Positions 19,800-29,351 of a stretch of DNA of 64,000 bases are shown here, one piece after another. This DNA comes from Candidatus Latescibacterota bacterium. Lineage in GTDB: Bacteria > Latescibacterota > UBA2968 > UBA8231. The stretch spans positions 1,600,001 to 1,664,000 of the forward strand of contig OZ242005.1 of assembly GCA_965204725.1 (NCBI GenBank), given 5' to 3'. A program made the translations under genes and the position numbers. The notes below the pieces were generated by a model. The model had not been told where the DNA came from, did not search any database, and saw only the letters and a program-made list of their open reading frames with translations. Position 1 is the first letter of the stretch, and each line of letters begins with the position of its first letter.

Positions 19800-20882
19800 A
19801 TGGACGACATCCTCAGCGAAATTGTCCGGCGCAAGGAGCAGGGCGAGCGCATGGCGTTGGCCTCGCTCGTGTGGAGCACCGGCTCGATTCCCATGAGCGA
19901 GCGGGCCAAAATGATCGTCGCCGAGCAAGGAGACGTGGTCGGGACGATAGGCGGCGGGTGCCTCGAAGCCGAGGTCTTGAGCGCGGGCCGCATCGCGCTA
20001 GAGACCGGAGAGAACCAGCTTTCGCGCTACACCATGACGGAAAAACAAGCCGGGGAGAGCGGCTTAAACTGCGGCGGCAGCGTGCGGATTTACACCGAAG
20101 TTATCGAGCCGGACGAGGCGGCCGACTTCTATGGCCGAGTGCTAGCGGCGCGTCAGGCGCGTCGCGGTTGCGCGCTGGCCACGCTGCTCAAACGCCGGTT
20201 TGACTCGACCGGGGCGGGGCGGCTGTGGCTAGGGGCCGACGGCAGCACCTGCGGTTCGCTGGGCACACCCGAAGCCGATCGCGCGGTGGAGGAGCGCTTG
20301 CCCAACGTGCTCGTGCGCGAGCGCGGCCTTGTTTGCGAGTTGGGCGAGGGCGCGGAAGTATTCATTGAGCCGTTCTTGCCCGAACCTGTGCTCTACGTCT
20401 TTGGCGGCGGCCATGTAGGCGGGCAGATTTGCGCGTTGGCCAAGAACGTGGGCTTCCGCGTCGTCCTCATTGACGACCGCCCGGCGTTTGCCAATTCCGA
20501 CCGCCATCCGCTGGCCGATGAGTGTTTGGTTGCCGGCATGGCGGAGGTATTTGCCGACTTGCCCATTGACGCTCAGTCCTACATCATCGCGGCCACGCGC
20601 GGCCACCAGCACGACGAAGTAGTAGTCGAAGCGGCGATTGAGACGCCGGCGCGCTACATCGGCATGCTGGGCAGCGAGCGCAAGAAGCTCATTTTGTGGC
20701 GGCGGATCGCCGCGCGCGGCGGCAACCCCCAGCGCTTGGACGCTGTCTTCGCGCCGATTGGGGTGAACATCGGGGCGGATACCCCCGCCGAGATCGCGGT
20801 CAGCGTCGTGGCCGAGCTAATTGAGCAGCGGCGCGGAACGCCCAAAGTGTGGAAGACGAAGAGAACAACTTATGAGGAATGA
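19800..20882 (+). CDS. xdhC: XdhC/CoxI molybdoenzyme maturation factor
   Basis: GTIGGGCLE, GLNCGG, FGGGHV, YIGMLGS, PIGVNIGADTPAEIAVS. Confidence 0.9.
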   Translation: MDDILSEIVRRKEQGERMALASLVWSTGSIPMSERAKMIVAEQGDVVGTIGGGCLEAEVLSAGRIALETGENQLSRYTMTEKQAGESGLNCGGSVRIYTEVIEPDEAADFYGRVLAARQARRGCALATLLKRRFDSTGAGRLWLGADGSTCGSLGTPEADRAVEERLPNVLVRERGLVCELGEGAEVFIEPFLPEPVLYVFGGGHVGGQICALAKNVGFRVVLIDDRPAFANSDRHPLADECLVAGMAEVFADLPIDAQSYIIAATRGHQHDEVVVEAAIETPARYIGMLGSERKKLILWRRIAARGGNPQRLDAVFAPIGVNIGADTPAEIAVSVVAELIEQRRGTPKVWKTKRTTYEE

Positions 20883-21888
20883 ATTGCGCTATGGGGTGGC
20901 CGCCTGTCAGGTGGCCCAACCCAATCCCACCGACCGCGCTGAAATGGCCCGCAACACCGCTCGCATGGTCGAAATGGTCGATATGGCCGTTGAGGGCTAT
21001 GGGCCGTTTATGGACGTCAAGTTGCTGGCCTTTCCCGAATTTGGCCACGCCGCGCCGATTTATCCCACCGCCAAGAGCTTGCTGGCCAAGCTGACCGTTC
21101 CCATTCCCAACGAGCACACGGACCGCTTGGCGGACAAAGCCCGCGAATTGGGCGTGTACATCCAAACGGCTACTTTTCTCGAAGAGGACCCGCAATGGCC
21201 GGGCAAGGTGTTCAACACGACCTGCCTGCTCGGGCCGGAAGGGCTGTGGTACAAGTACCGCAAGGTCAACCCTTGGATCCCTTGGGAAGTCCACGCCAGC
21301 CCCCACGACTTGGCCGACTACGACGACGAGTTGTTCCCGGTGGCCCAGACGCCCATTGGCTGCATTGGCGCGGCCATCTGCTACGACTGGCTCTTCCCCG
21401 AGCCGCTACGCCAGCTCGCGGCCCACGGCGCCGAAATCCTCGTCCGCGTCTCGGCCTATATGGACCCTTGGGGGGCGACGCCGCCCATGGATTGGTGGAC
21501 GACGGTCAATCGCTGTCGGGCGCTGGAAAATACCGCGTATGTGCTCGCTGCCAACCAAGGGGCCGAGTTGGGGCACTATCCTCCCTTTTCTTGGCCGGGC
21601 GGCTCAATGGTCGTCGATTTCGATGGCCGCATCCTCGCCCAAGCCGATCCGGGACCAGGAGAAAAAATCGTCGTTTCCGAAGTCGATATTGGGACCTTGC
21701 GGCACATCCGCAAGCGCCGCGCCGGCCACCACACCTTGGCCCACCTGCGCAGCGAGGCGTACCCTATGTACAAACAGCCGTACTATCCGCAGGGCAGTTT
21801 GTCGGCAGCGGACAATCACACCGTCGCCATGAATGAAGAGCGCATCGCCGCGGTTAAGCAGCGGATAAGGGTCGTTAAGGAAGGATAG
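20872..21888 (+). CDS. nitrilase / carbon-nitrogen hydrolase family amidase
   Basis: Catalytic triad FPEF, YRK, ICYD. Confidence 0.9.
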   Translation: MRNELRYGVAACQVAQPNPTDRAEMARNTARMVEMVDMAVEGYGPFMDVKLLAFPEFGHAAPIYPTAKSLLAKLTVPIPNEHTDRLADKARELGVYIQTATFLEEDPQWPGKVFNTTCLLGPEGLWYKYRKVNPWIPWEVHASPHDLADYDDELFPVAQTPIGCIGAAICYDWLFPEPLRQLAAHGAEILVRVSAYMDPWGATPPMDWWTTVNRCRALENTAYVLAANQGAELGHYPPFSWPGGSMVVDFDGRILAQADPGPGEKIVVSEVDIGTLRHIRKRRAGHHTLAHLRSEAYPMYKQPYYPQGSLSAADNHTVAMNEERIAAVKQRIRVVKEG

Positions 21889-21898
21889 ACCGGCCGCC

Positions 21899-22615
21899 GT
21901 GAAGTGCTATGGCGACCGACAGATTCGTCGCACCCTGAGCAAGTACGACACTCGGCAGGTGAGCTGCACTTTGGCAACCGGCTGCGAGTTGCAGATGACG
22001 GCCGTCGGCGATGTAGATGCTTTGGTGGATCGCATGATCGAGCGCGAGGGGCGGCTCCAGCGGGTGGATCGCTTTCCCTATTGGGCCGAGTTGTGGCCGA
22101 CGGCGTGGGCTATGGCCCAGTGGTTTTGCCGCGCCGAGGAGCCGATTCCCAAAGGTTGGACCGGCGAATTAGGTTGCGGTTTGGGGTTGGTCGGCATTGC
22201 CTTGGCCAAGTTAGGTTGGCGCGTCGAAGCGACTGACTTCGTGGAGGATGCGCTCATTTTCGCCGCCCACAATGCCCGGATCAACCGGGTCGGGCACAAC
22301 CATCGGGTGGCCTATTTGGACTGGCGAAATCCCGTGGGGGAGCCGCACGAGTGCTTGGTGGGGTCGGACATTATCTACGAGAAGAAGAACCACCGCTATC
22401 TAGAGCGCGTCCTGCACGAGTTGCTGCTGCCCGGCGGCCGATTTTATCTGGGGGATCCGCAGCGGAAGGACGCCGCTGCCTTCGTCGCCCGGCTCGTCGC
22501 CCAAGGCTATAGTCAGCGGCGAGAAACGTGCGTTGAGACGTGGAATTCGGTCGAGTACCAAGTCACTATCTACGTATTTACCAAGCCTCAAGCCGACAGC
22601 AGGGCGCGTAGGTGA
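21899..22615 (+). CDS. class I SAM-dependent methyltransferase (METTL21/Methyltransf_16-like)
   Basis: PYWAELWP, ELGCGLG, GSDIIYE. Confidence 0.85.
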   Translation: MKCYGDRQIRRTLSKYDTRQVSCTLATGCELQMTAVGDVDALVDRMIEREGRLQRVDRFPYWAELWPTAWAMAQWFCRAEEPIPKGWTGELGCGLGLVGIALAKLGWRVEATDFVEDALIFAAHNARINRVGHNHRVAYLDWRNPVGEPHECLVGSDIIYEKKNHRYLERVLHELLLPGGRFYLGDPQRKDAAAFVARLVAQGYSQRRETCVETWNSVEYQVTIYVFTKPQADSRARR

Positions 22616-23532
22616 GCCGCCGCAGAAGCCGCGGTCGCCTCCAAGTCGTAGCCGCCCTCTAGCAGGGAGACGAGGCGGCCCTCGCAGTGGCGGGTGGCGA
22701 GTTGGAGCACCAGCTTGGTTAGCTCGCCATAGCCCTCTGCACTGAGCAGGATTTGCCCGAGGGGATCGTTGCGATGGGCGTCAAAACCGGCCGACAGGAG
22801 GATGAAATCGGGTTGGAACTGGTCTATGGCTGGAATGATGGTGTCGGTAAAGTGGCGGATGTAATCGGCATCCGTGCTGCCAGCCGGGACGGGGATATTC
22901 AAGGTTTGGCCGCGGCCCGCTCCCTGCCCGCGCTCGTCGGCCGCACCCGTGCCCGGATAGAGGGGCGATTGGTGGATGCTGCAAAAAAACACCGAGCCGT
23001 CGGCCTCAAAGATGTGCTGCGTGCCATTGCCGTGATGGACGTCCCAGTCGATGATCGCCACTTTGTCGCAGCCGCATTCGGCCCGCAGATAGTGAGCGGC
23101 GACCGCCGCGTTGTTGAAGAAGCAAAAGCCCATGATTTGCTCGACTTCGGCGTGATGGCCTGGGGGGCGCATGCAGCAGAAGGCATGGTCGGCGCGGTCC
23201 GCGAGCAGGGCGTCGATGGCGGTCAAGGGAGCACCCGCCGCGAGCAGGGCAGCGCGGTGTGTGCTGGAAGAGCCGGCGGTGTCTTGGCATACATAGGTGG
23301 GCCGCTCGACTTGGGCGAGGGCTGCTACTCGGTCTAAGTGGGCGGGTGAGTGGGCTCTGAGCAAGGCGCGACGCGGTGCCAACTGCGGCTGTAGGTGCAA
23401 AACCTCGTCCCAAAGCAACTGGTCTTTTAGGTGTTGGACCATGGATTCCAACCGCGCGCGGTGCTCTGGGTGACCCGCGCCCGTGTCGTGCAACAAGGCG
23501 TCCGGGTGGTAGATCAAGGCCGTCCTAGCCAC
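22588..23532 (-). CDS. histone deacetylase-family amidohydrolase
   Basis: HPE, RPPGHHA, GFCFFNN, DWDVHHGNGTQ, SAGFDAH, LEGGY. Confidence 0.95.
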   Translation of the reverse strand: MARTALIYHPDALLHDTGAGHPEHRARLESMVQHLKDQLLWDEVLHLQPQLAPRRALLRAHSPAHLDRVAALAQVERPTYVCQDTAGSSSTHRAALLAAGAPLTAIDALLADRADHAFCCMRPPGHHAEVEQIMGFCFFNNAAVAAHYLRAECGCDKVAIIDWDVHHGNGTQHIFEADGSVFFCSIHQSPLYPGTGAADERGQGAGRGQTLNIPVPAGSTDADYIRHFTDTIIPAIDQFQPDFILLSAGFDAHRNDPLGQILLSAEGYGELTKLVLQLATRHCEGRLVSLLEGGYDLEATAASAAAHLRALLSA

Positions 23533-23986
23533 AGCTTATCACTTCTCCTGCGTCTATGGATGCAATGGCGCGGCGTCCGAGGATGCGGATGTCCTCGGCG
23601 ATGGCCGCATTGCCCAAGGCGGCGTGGTCGCACCAGCGCAGTTGGGTGGATTCGCGGGGATTGATGCGGGCGTGTCCGCTTACTACGCGGCTAAAGTAAA
23701 TCAGGTCTATGTGCTGGTGGCCCGGTTCAATATCCTCTAGGAGGATACACGCGGGGCGGTGCAGGACGGCGACCTGCCCCCACTGCTTTGGCTGGCCCAA
23801 CAACTCAACGGTCAGCCCGGTTTCTTCGCGCACTTCGCGGAGGGCGGCTTCTTCGGGCAGTTCGCCCGGGTCGATGTGGCCGCCCGGGGGTAGCCAAGCC
23901 TGCATTTTCTTGTGCCACAACAACAGGGTCGTGCCCTCGTGGACGACAAAGGTCGTCGCCGTAAAGTCGCGGGTAATGGCCGCCAA
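23525..23986 (-). CDS. NUDIX hydrolase
   Basis: Nudix box PGGHIDPGELPEEAALREVREETG; start trimmed to TTG 23986. Confidence 0.88.
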   Translation of the reverse strand: MAAITRDFTATTFVVHEGTTLLLWHKKMQAWLPPGGHIDPGELPEEAALREVREETGLTVELLGQPKQWGQVAVLHRPACILLEDIEPGHQHIDLIYFSRVVSGHARINPRESTQLRWCDHAALGNAAIAEDIRILGRRAIASIDAGEVISCG

Positions 23987-24108
23987 GGTCCGCTCGTAGT
24001 ATGTGTGATGGAGGAGGAAGCGAGAAAAGGTCAATATAGCCGGTCGCTTGGTGAAACGAAAGCCTGCGACCGCCGCGCTGCATTGACCAAGTTTTCTCGC
24101 CAACTATT

Positions 24109-24245
24109 TTACAAGCTGTCTGAAAATTCTGGTGGTCGCCCCTTGCGTCTAAACGATCCCGGCTGGATTCCCGCCCCGTGTCGGGGCACGGGGTGACGTT
24201 CTTTCACGGGAATGACGGAGGCGGGGGTTTTCAGACCGCTTCTTA
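24109..24245 (+). mobile_element. family B MITE-like element with TIRs and TTA flanks
   Basis: AAGCTGTCTGAAAA...TTTTCAGACCGCTT ends, TTA on both sides, internal ATTCCCGC...GGGAATGAC hairpin; homologous to 55545-55690 (reverse orientation). Confidence 0.75.
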
Positions 24246-24281
24246 CAAACATCCTTTTAGACTGATTAGACTGAGAGAGAT

Positions 24282-25511
24282 ATGGCTACTGAGATCGTCA
24301 TGCCCAAGTTGGGATTGACCATGGAAAGCGGCGCGATAAGCGCGTGGTTGGTAGAAGAGGGTCAAGAAGTGCAAAAGGGCCAAGCCCTGTTGGAGATCGC
24401 CACCGACAAAGTGACGATGGAAGTTGAGGCGCAGGCCGATGGGATCTTGCGCAAAATTCTGGTGCCGCCCGGGGAGGAAGTGCCGGTCTCGACGACGATC
24501 GGCGTCATCGCCGCGGCGGACGAGGACATCGGCTCGTACAGCGCCGCCGCTCCGAGCGACCCGCCGCCGGCTGCTGCTTCGTCGTCAACTCCGACCGCGC
24601 CGGCACCGGCTGCCGCTTCGTCGCCAACCCCGACCGCGCCGCCGGCCCCCTCCGCTGATTCCGAGGGCCGTCGGCCGCATAAGACTTCGCCCAAAGCGCG
24701 AAAAATAGCGGCCGAGCACGGCCTCGACCTGTCGGGCATTAGCGGCAGTGGCCCCGCCGGCCGGATCGTCAGTGCCGATGTGCTGGCTTTGGTCGAGCGC
24801 GTTCAGCCAGCCCCAGCCGCCGCTCCAGTTCCGGCCGCCGAGGGGCGCGTTGAGCTGAGCCGCGCCGAGCAAGTGGCCGGAGAGCGGCTGACGGCCAGTT
24901 ACCAACAAATTCCCCACATCCACCTCAGCATGGACGTATCGGCCGTATGGTTGCAGCAATTTCGCACCGGCTACGAGCTAGAGGGCAAAAAAATCTCCTT
25001 CAACGATCTGATCGTCAAAGCTACGGCCCGCACCCTCAGCGAATTCCCCCGCGTCAACAGCTTGGAAGAAGGGGGGCACTTCCGCTACGCCTCCGAAATC
25101 AACGTCGGCATTGCCGTGGCCGCCGAGCAGGGCTTGGTGGTTCCGGTCCTTCGCGCCGCTGCTGAAAAGACCATCGAGGAAATCGCCTTAGAAGGGACGC
25201 GCCTGATCGATGCCGCACGCCGCGGCCAGTTGCGTCCCGACGACATGCTGGGCGGCACCTTTACCATCTCGAATTTGGGGATGTTCGGCGTCTCCCGCTT
25301 TACCGCGATCATCAACCCGCCCCAAGTGGCGATCTTGGCCGTCGGGGCCATTGAAAACAGGGTGGTCGCTTCTGGGGCCGACGCCTTTGCCGTGCGCCCG
25401 CAGCTAACCTTGACGCTGGCCGCGGATCACCGCGTCGTAGATGGCGCGTTGGCCGCCCGATTCCTCGCGCGGCTCAAGGAAGTGCTAGAGACGCCCGGCT
25501 TGCTCGGCTAG
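24282..25511 (+). CDS. dihydrolipoamide acyltransferase (2-oxoacid/acetoin dehydrogenase E2)
   Basis: Lipoyl TDKVTME, E3-binding SPKARK..GSGPAGRI, catalytic DHRVVDG. Confidence 0.93.
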   Translation: MATEIVMPKLGLTMESGAISAWLVEEGQEVQKGQALLEIATDKVTMEVEAQADGILRKILVPPGEEVPVSTTIGVIAAADEDIGSYSAAAPSDPPPAAASSSTPTAPAPAAASSPTPTAPPAPSADSEGRRPHKTSPKARKIAAEHGLDLSGISGSGPAGRIVSADVLALVERVQPAPAAAPVPAAEGRVELSRAEQVAGERLTASYQQIPHIHLSMDVSAVWLQQFRTGYELEGKKISFNDLIVKATARTLSEFPRVNSLEEGGHFRYASEINVGIAVAAEQGLVVPVLRAAAEKTIEEIALEGTRLIDAARRGQLRPDDMLGGTFTISNLGMFGVSRFTAIINPPQVAILAVGAIENRVVASGADAFAVRPQLTLTLAADHRVVDGALAARFLARLKEVLETPGLLG

Positions 25512-25523
25512 CCGCCCCTCACC

Positions 25524-25552
25524 TTGACCGCATCTAGGCCGCCGGTTATCTT
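25524..25552 (+). promoter_or_regulatory. putative ftsH promoter
   Basis: TTGACC-17 bp-TATCTT. Confidence 0.55.
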
Positions 25553-25630
25553 CAAAACCGCAAAAATTAGGCCCTTTTACCCTTGTGTACCGGGGGTGGA
25601 AGAGCGCGTCCCAGCATTGGCAACCAACGC

Positions 25631-27538
25631 ATGAAACTCGAGAAAAAGACCCAGCTTTCCATTGCGTACGCCGTCCTTACGCTGCTCCTGATCCTGAGTT
25701 TACAAAACTATTTCGACAACCAAGTTGAAACGCTCCCGTACAGCCAGTTCCGGGAGTGGATCAAAAGCGGGCAGGTTATTGAGTGTACCTTTAGCGGCGA
25801 GTACATCCACGGTCGCGCCCAAGTCAATGACCAAGAGATCAGCTTCCGCACGGCCTTTATAGACGATCCCGAGCTCATCGGCCTGCTCGAAGAACACCAA
25901 GTCGAGTTCACCCGTCGGCCCAGCAACAATTGGTTCACCCAGCTTTTGTCGTGGATTCTGCCCGCGCTGATCTTCGTGGGGATCTGGCTGTTTATCGCCC
26001 GGCGCCTGAGCGGCGGGGCCGGTGGCCTGATGTCCATTGGCAAGAGCAAGGCCAAGGTGTACATGGAGAGGGGGACGGGCATTACCTTCGACGACGTTGC
26101 GGGCATTGACGAGGCCAAAGAAGAGTTGCTGGAGATCGTCGAGTTTTTGCGTACCCCCGAGCGGTTTCAGGCCCTCGGCGGCCGGATTCCGCGCGGGGTC
26201 TTACTCGTGGGTTCCCCGGGCACGGGCAAGACCCTGTTGGCCAAGGCCGTGGCCGGCGAGGCGAGCGTGCCCTTTTTCTCGCTCAGCGGCTCGGATTTTG
26301 TCGAGATGTTCGTCGGGGTAGGGGCCGCCCGGGTGCGCGATCTGTTTGATCAGGCCAAAAAACACGCCCCAGCCATAATTTTCATCGACGAGCTCGACGC
26401 CTTGGGCAAGGCCCGGGGGGGTGGCTCTTTGGGCGGTCACGACGAGCGCGAGCAGACGCTCAACCAACTCCTCACCGAACTCGACGGCTTTGACACCAAC
26501 GCCGGCGTGATCATCATGGCGGCGACCAACCGGCCGGAAATCCTCGACCCGGCCTTGCTGCGCCCCGGCCGCTTCGACCGCACCGTGGCCGTGGACCGGC
26601 CCGATGTCAAGGGGCGCACCGCCATCCTCCAGATCCACGCCAAGGAAGTCAAGCTGGCCCCGGACGTAGATTTGCACAAACTAGCCGTGCGCACTCCGGG
26701 TTTTGCCGGCGCGGACTTGGCCAATGTCGTCAACGAAGCGGCCCTGTTGGCAGCGCGGAGAGATAAAAACTCCATCACCATGTCCGAGTTGGAAGAGGCC
26801 GTTGAGCGCTCGGTGGCCGGGCTGGAGCGCAAAAGCCGGGTGCTCAACGAGAAGGAGCGCCGGATCGTCGCGTACCACGAAGCGGGGCACGCCATCGTCG
26901 GCGAGGTGTTGCCCGAAGCCAATCCGGTGCAGAAAATCTCCATCGTATCGCGGGGTATCGCCGCCTTGGGCTACACCCTGAATATGCCGCTGGAGGATCG
27001 CTATCTAATGACCAAGGAAGAGTTAGAGGATTCCTTGGCGGCGATTTTGGGCGGTCGGGCGGCCGAGGAAATCGTCTTTGGCGAAATATCGACCGGCGCG
27101 GCCAACGACTTGCAGCAAGCTACGCAAATGGCCGAGCGGATGGTCAAAGAGTTCGGCATGAGCCAGCGAATTGGCTTGGTCGCGCACCGTGCGGACCGCT
27201 CGCAACAGATGCTGGGCATGATCCCGGCCGACCGCGCGTACAGCGACGAGACGGCCAAGCTCATTGACGAAGAAATCAAGGGCATCATCGGCGCGGGATA
27301 CGTGCGGGCCAAGGCCCTGCTCACCGAGCATCGCCAAGCCCTAGAGGATGTCGTCGAGATACTCTTTGAGAACGAGGTGATGGACGGCGACCAACTGCGT
27401 AACTTGCTCGAAAAGAATGGGATAGAGCTACCCTCTAAACCCAATCAAGAGGCGTCGCCCGGCCGTTCCACCGCCGATCCCCAAGCCAACGGCAACGTCC
27501 CGCAGCCGGAAGAGCGCGAGGCCCCCGAGGCCCCCTAG
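25631..27538 (+). CDS. ftsH: ATP-dependent zinc metalloprotease FtsH
   Basis: Two TM helices, [29 protein letters not shown]. Confidence 0.96.
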   Translation: MKLEKKTQLSIAYAVLTLLLILSLQNYFDNQVETLPYSQFREWIKSGQVIECTFSGEYIHGRAQVNDQEISFRTAFIDDPELIGLLEEHQVEFTRRPSNNWFTQLLSWILPALIFVGIWLFIARRLSGGAGGLMSIGKSKAKVYMERGTGITFDDVAGIDEAKEELLEIVEFLRTPERFQALGGRIPRGVLLVGSPGTGKTLLAKAVAGEASVPFFSLSGSDFVEMFVGVGAARVRDLFDQAKKHAPAIIFIDELDALGKARGGGSLGGHDEREQTLNQLLTELDGFDTNAGVIIMAATNRPEILDPALLRPGRFDRTVAVDRPDVKGRTAILQIHAKEVKLAPDVDLHKLAVRTPGFAGADLANVVNEAALLAARRDKNSITMSELEEAVERSVAGLERKSRVLNEKERRIVAYHEAGHAIVGEVLPEANPVQKISIVSRGIAALGYTLNMPLEDRYLMTKEELEDSLAAILGGRAAEEIVFGEISTGAANDLQQATQMAERMVKEFGMSQRIGLVAHRADRSQQMLGMIPADRAYSDETAKLIDEEIKGIIGAGYVRAKALLTEHRQALEDVVEILFENEVMDGDQLRNLLEKNGIELPSKPNQEASPGRSTADPQANGNVPQPEEREAPEAP

Positions 27539-27646
27539 CCTACGGCGGCGATGGCTTCCAACTCGACGGCTGCCGGTTGGTTGAGGCGGAGGGGGAAGTT
27601 GTAGGTTTAGCTCGCTTCGTTTTTCCTCCACAGACATGATTCAAGA

Positions 27647-27760
27647 CTGGATTCCCGCCCCGTGTCGGGGCACGGGGTGACGTTCTTTCGCGGGAACGAC
27701 GATAGCGCGTCTTCACCAAGTCGATGCGCCCTGCTGGATTCCCGCGTTCGCGGGATGACG
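27647..27760 (+). repeat. two family B palindromic cores (ATTCCC...GGGAA)
   Basis: 27647-27700 nearly identical to 24163-24216; second short core CTGGATTCCCGCGTTCGCGGGATGAC at 27734-27759. Confidence 0.8.
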
Positions 27761-27801
27761 CCTCATATAGGACGCCCAATAATGACTCCGGCAAGAGAGC
27801 G

Positions 27802-29028
27802 ATGCGCAGCGTAAGGCTCGTCAAAGGGAGCGTTCTCGAACCTTTGGCCAATGGCGATTTTGTGCGTCTGTGGTTGGCCAACGGCCTGTGGTGGCAGGCC
27901 ATGTGGATGGAAATGCTGGCGCTGGGGTGGCTGGCTTTGGAGTTGACTAATTCCCCGTGGTGGGTCCAAGTCATCGGCTTTTACCGAGCGATCCCCCTGC
28001 TGGTTATGGGTTTGTTCGGCGCGGTGATTACCGATCGCTTTAAGCGGCGTTACATCGTTTGGACCTTGCAGTTAGTCAATGTGCTGGGGACGGGGCTGTT
28101 GGCGTTGTTGCTCTTTTTGGATCGGCTCGAATTGTGGCATTTGTCCGTGGTGTCGCTGGCATTGGGCGTCTCTTGGGCGTTGGATTGGCCCACTCGGCGC
28201 AGCATGGTGCCCGATCTAGTCGGCAAGGCCCGCACGGTCGATGCCATGGTGCTGGAGAACGTCATTCAGGGGTTTACGCGCATTTCTGGCCCCTTAGCGG
28301 CGGGCTATGTCACAGCGGCTTATGGCAGCTTGGGGGCGCTGTTGGTGTTGGTTGGGCTAGGCATTGTGGCGTTGTTTTTGTTGGCGGGCCTCAAGACCGA
28401 TTCCAAGGCCCCTGGTGCGGGTGCATGGGCGGCGGGCTGGGCCGGGCGGCAGGGCTGGGCCAGTATGCGGGCCTCTGCGCCGATATTCGGAGTCTTTCTC
28501 GTCACGATCTTTATGAACGTCTGGGCTTTTCCGTATATGAACCTACTACCGGTTTTTGCGCGGGACATATTCGGGCGCGGCCCGGAAGCCATGGGGTGGT
28601 TGGGCGCGGCTAGTGGGGGGGGCGCGATTGTGGGCTTGGCCGCGGTCCAACTAAGCCGCAGGAAGCTGAGCAACGAATGGCTCTTTGTCACTGGCTCGTT
28701 GCTTTCGTGCATGGGCGTCGTTGCCTTTGCCTTGAGCGGAACCTTTGGCCTCGCCTTGCTGATGCTGTTTTGCTCTGGGTTGGGGCAGGCGGGCTTTAGC
28801 ATTATGCAGAGCAGCATCATCTTGGTGGAATCGTCGGACGAGATGCGGAGCCGAGCCATGAGCACCTTGGTCGTGGCTATTGGCGTCGGCCCTTTTGGCC
28901 GCTTGCAGAGTGGGGCGATGGCCGAGGCGTGGGGAGTACAGGGGGCTGCGGGCGTCATGGCGGGGCTGGCGGGGCTAGGGACTGTGGGGACGGCGGTTTT
29001 GGTGCGGGGGTTTTTGGGCAAGAAGTAG
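27802..29028 (+). CDS. MFS transporter
   Basis: About 12 hydrophobic helices, motif A GAVITDRFKRR, DEMRSRAMS. Confidence 0.9.
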   Translation: MRSVRLVKGSVLEPLANGDFVRLWLANGLWWQAMWMEMLALGWLALELTNSPWWVQVIGFYRAIPLLVMGLFGAVITDRFKRRYIVWTLQLVNVLGTGLLALLLFLDRLELWHLSVVSLALGVSWALDWPTRRSMVPDLVGKARTVDAMVLENVIQGFTRISGPLAAGYVTAAYGSLGALLVLVGLGIVALFLLAGLKTDSKAPGAGAWAAGWAGRQGWASMRASAPIFGVFLVTIFMNVWAFPYMNLLPVFARDIFGRGPEAMGWLGAASGGGAIVGLAAVQLSRRKLSNEWLFVTGSLLSCMGVVAFALSGTFGLALLMLFCSGLGQAGFSIMQSSIILVESSDEMRSRAMSTLVVAIGVGPFGRLQSGAMAEAWGVQGAAGVMAGLAGLGTVGTAVLVRGFLGKK

Positions 29029-29136
29029 GGAGGAGTTTGGAGAGGGAAAAGGAAAACCTATATTTCGGCGGCACTTTAAGCATTAGGCCAAGTCGGGGAT
29101 CGAATAGACCATGCAGGACAGATTGAGGGATAGACC

Positions 29137-29340
29137 ATGAAAAAATTATCGCGGATTACACTCGACCCCGCTGTCATGGGTGGCAAGGCATGCATTCGCG
29201 GGTTACGAGTGACGGTCGGAACCGTTGTAGGACTCTTGGCAGTGGGTCGGTCTCCCGAGGAAATTTTGCAAGCGTACCCTTACCTCGAACCAGAAGATAT
29301 CGATGAAGCTCTGGCCTACGCAGCATCGATACGAATCTAA
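29137..29340 (+). CDS. DUF433 antitoxin-family protein (orphan)
   Basis: RITLDPAVMGGKACIRGLRVTV...EEILQAYPYLEPEDI. Confidence 0.88.
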   Translation: MKKLSRITLDPAVMGGKACIRGLRVTVGTVVGLLAVGRSPEEILQAYPYLEPEDIDEALAYAASIRI

Positions 29341-29351
29341 AGGAGAATGAT

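Noticed and set aside
24560-24660. Short tandem duplication within E2
   Set aside because: Ordinary Ala/Pro-rich linker.
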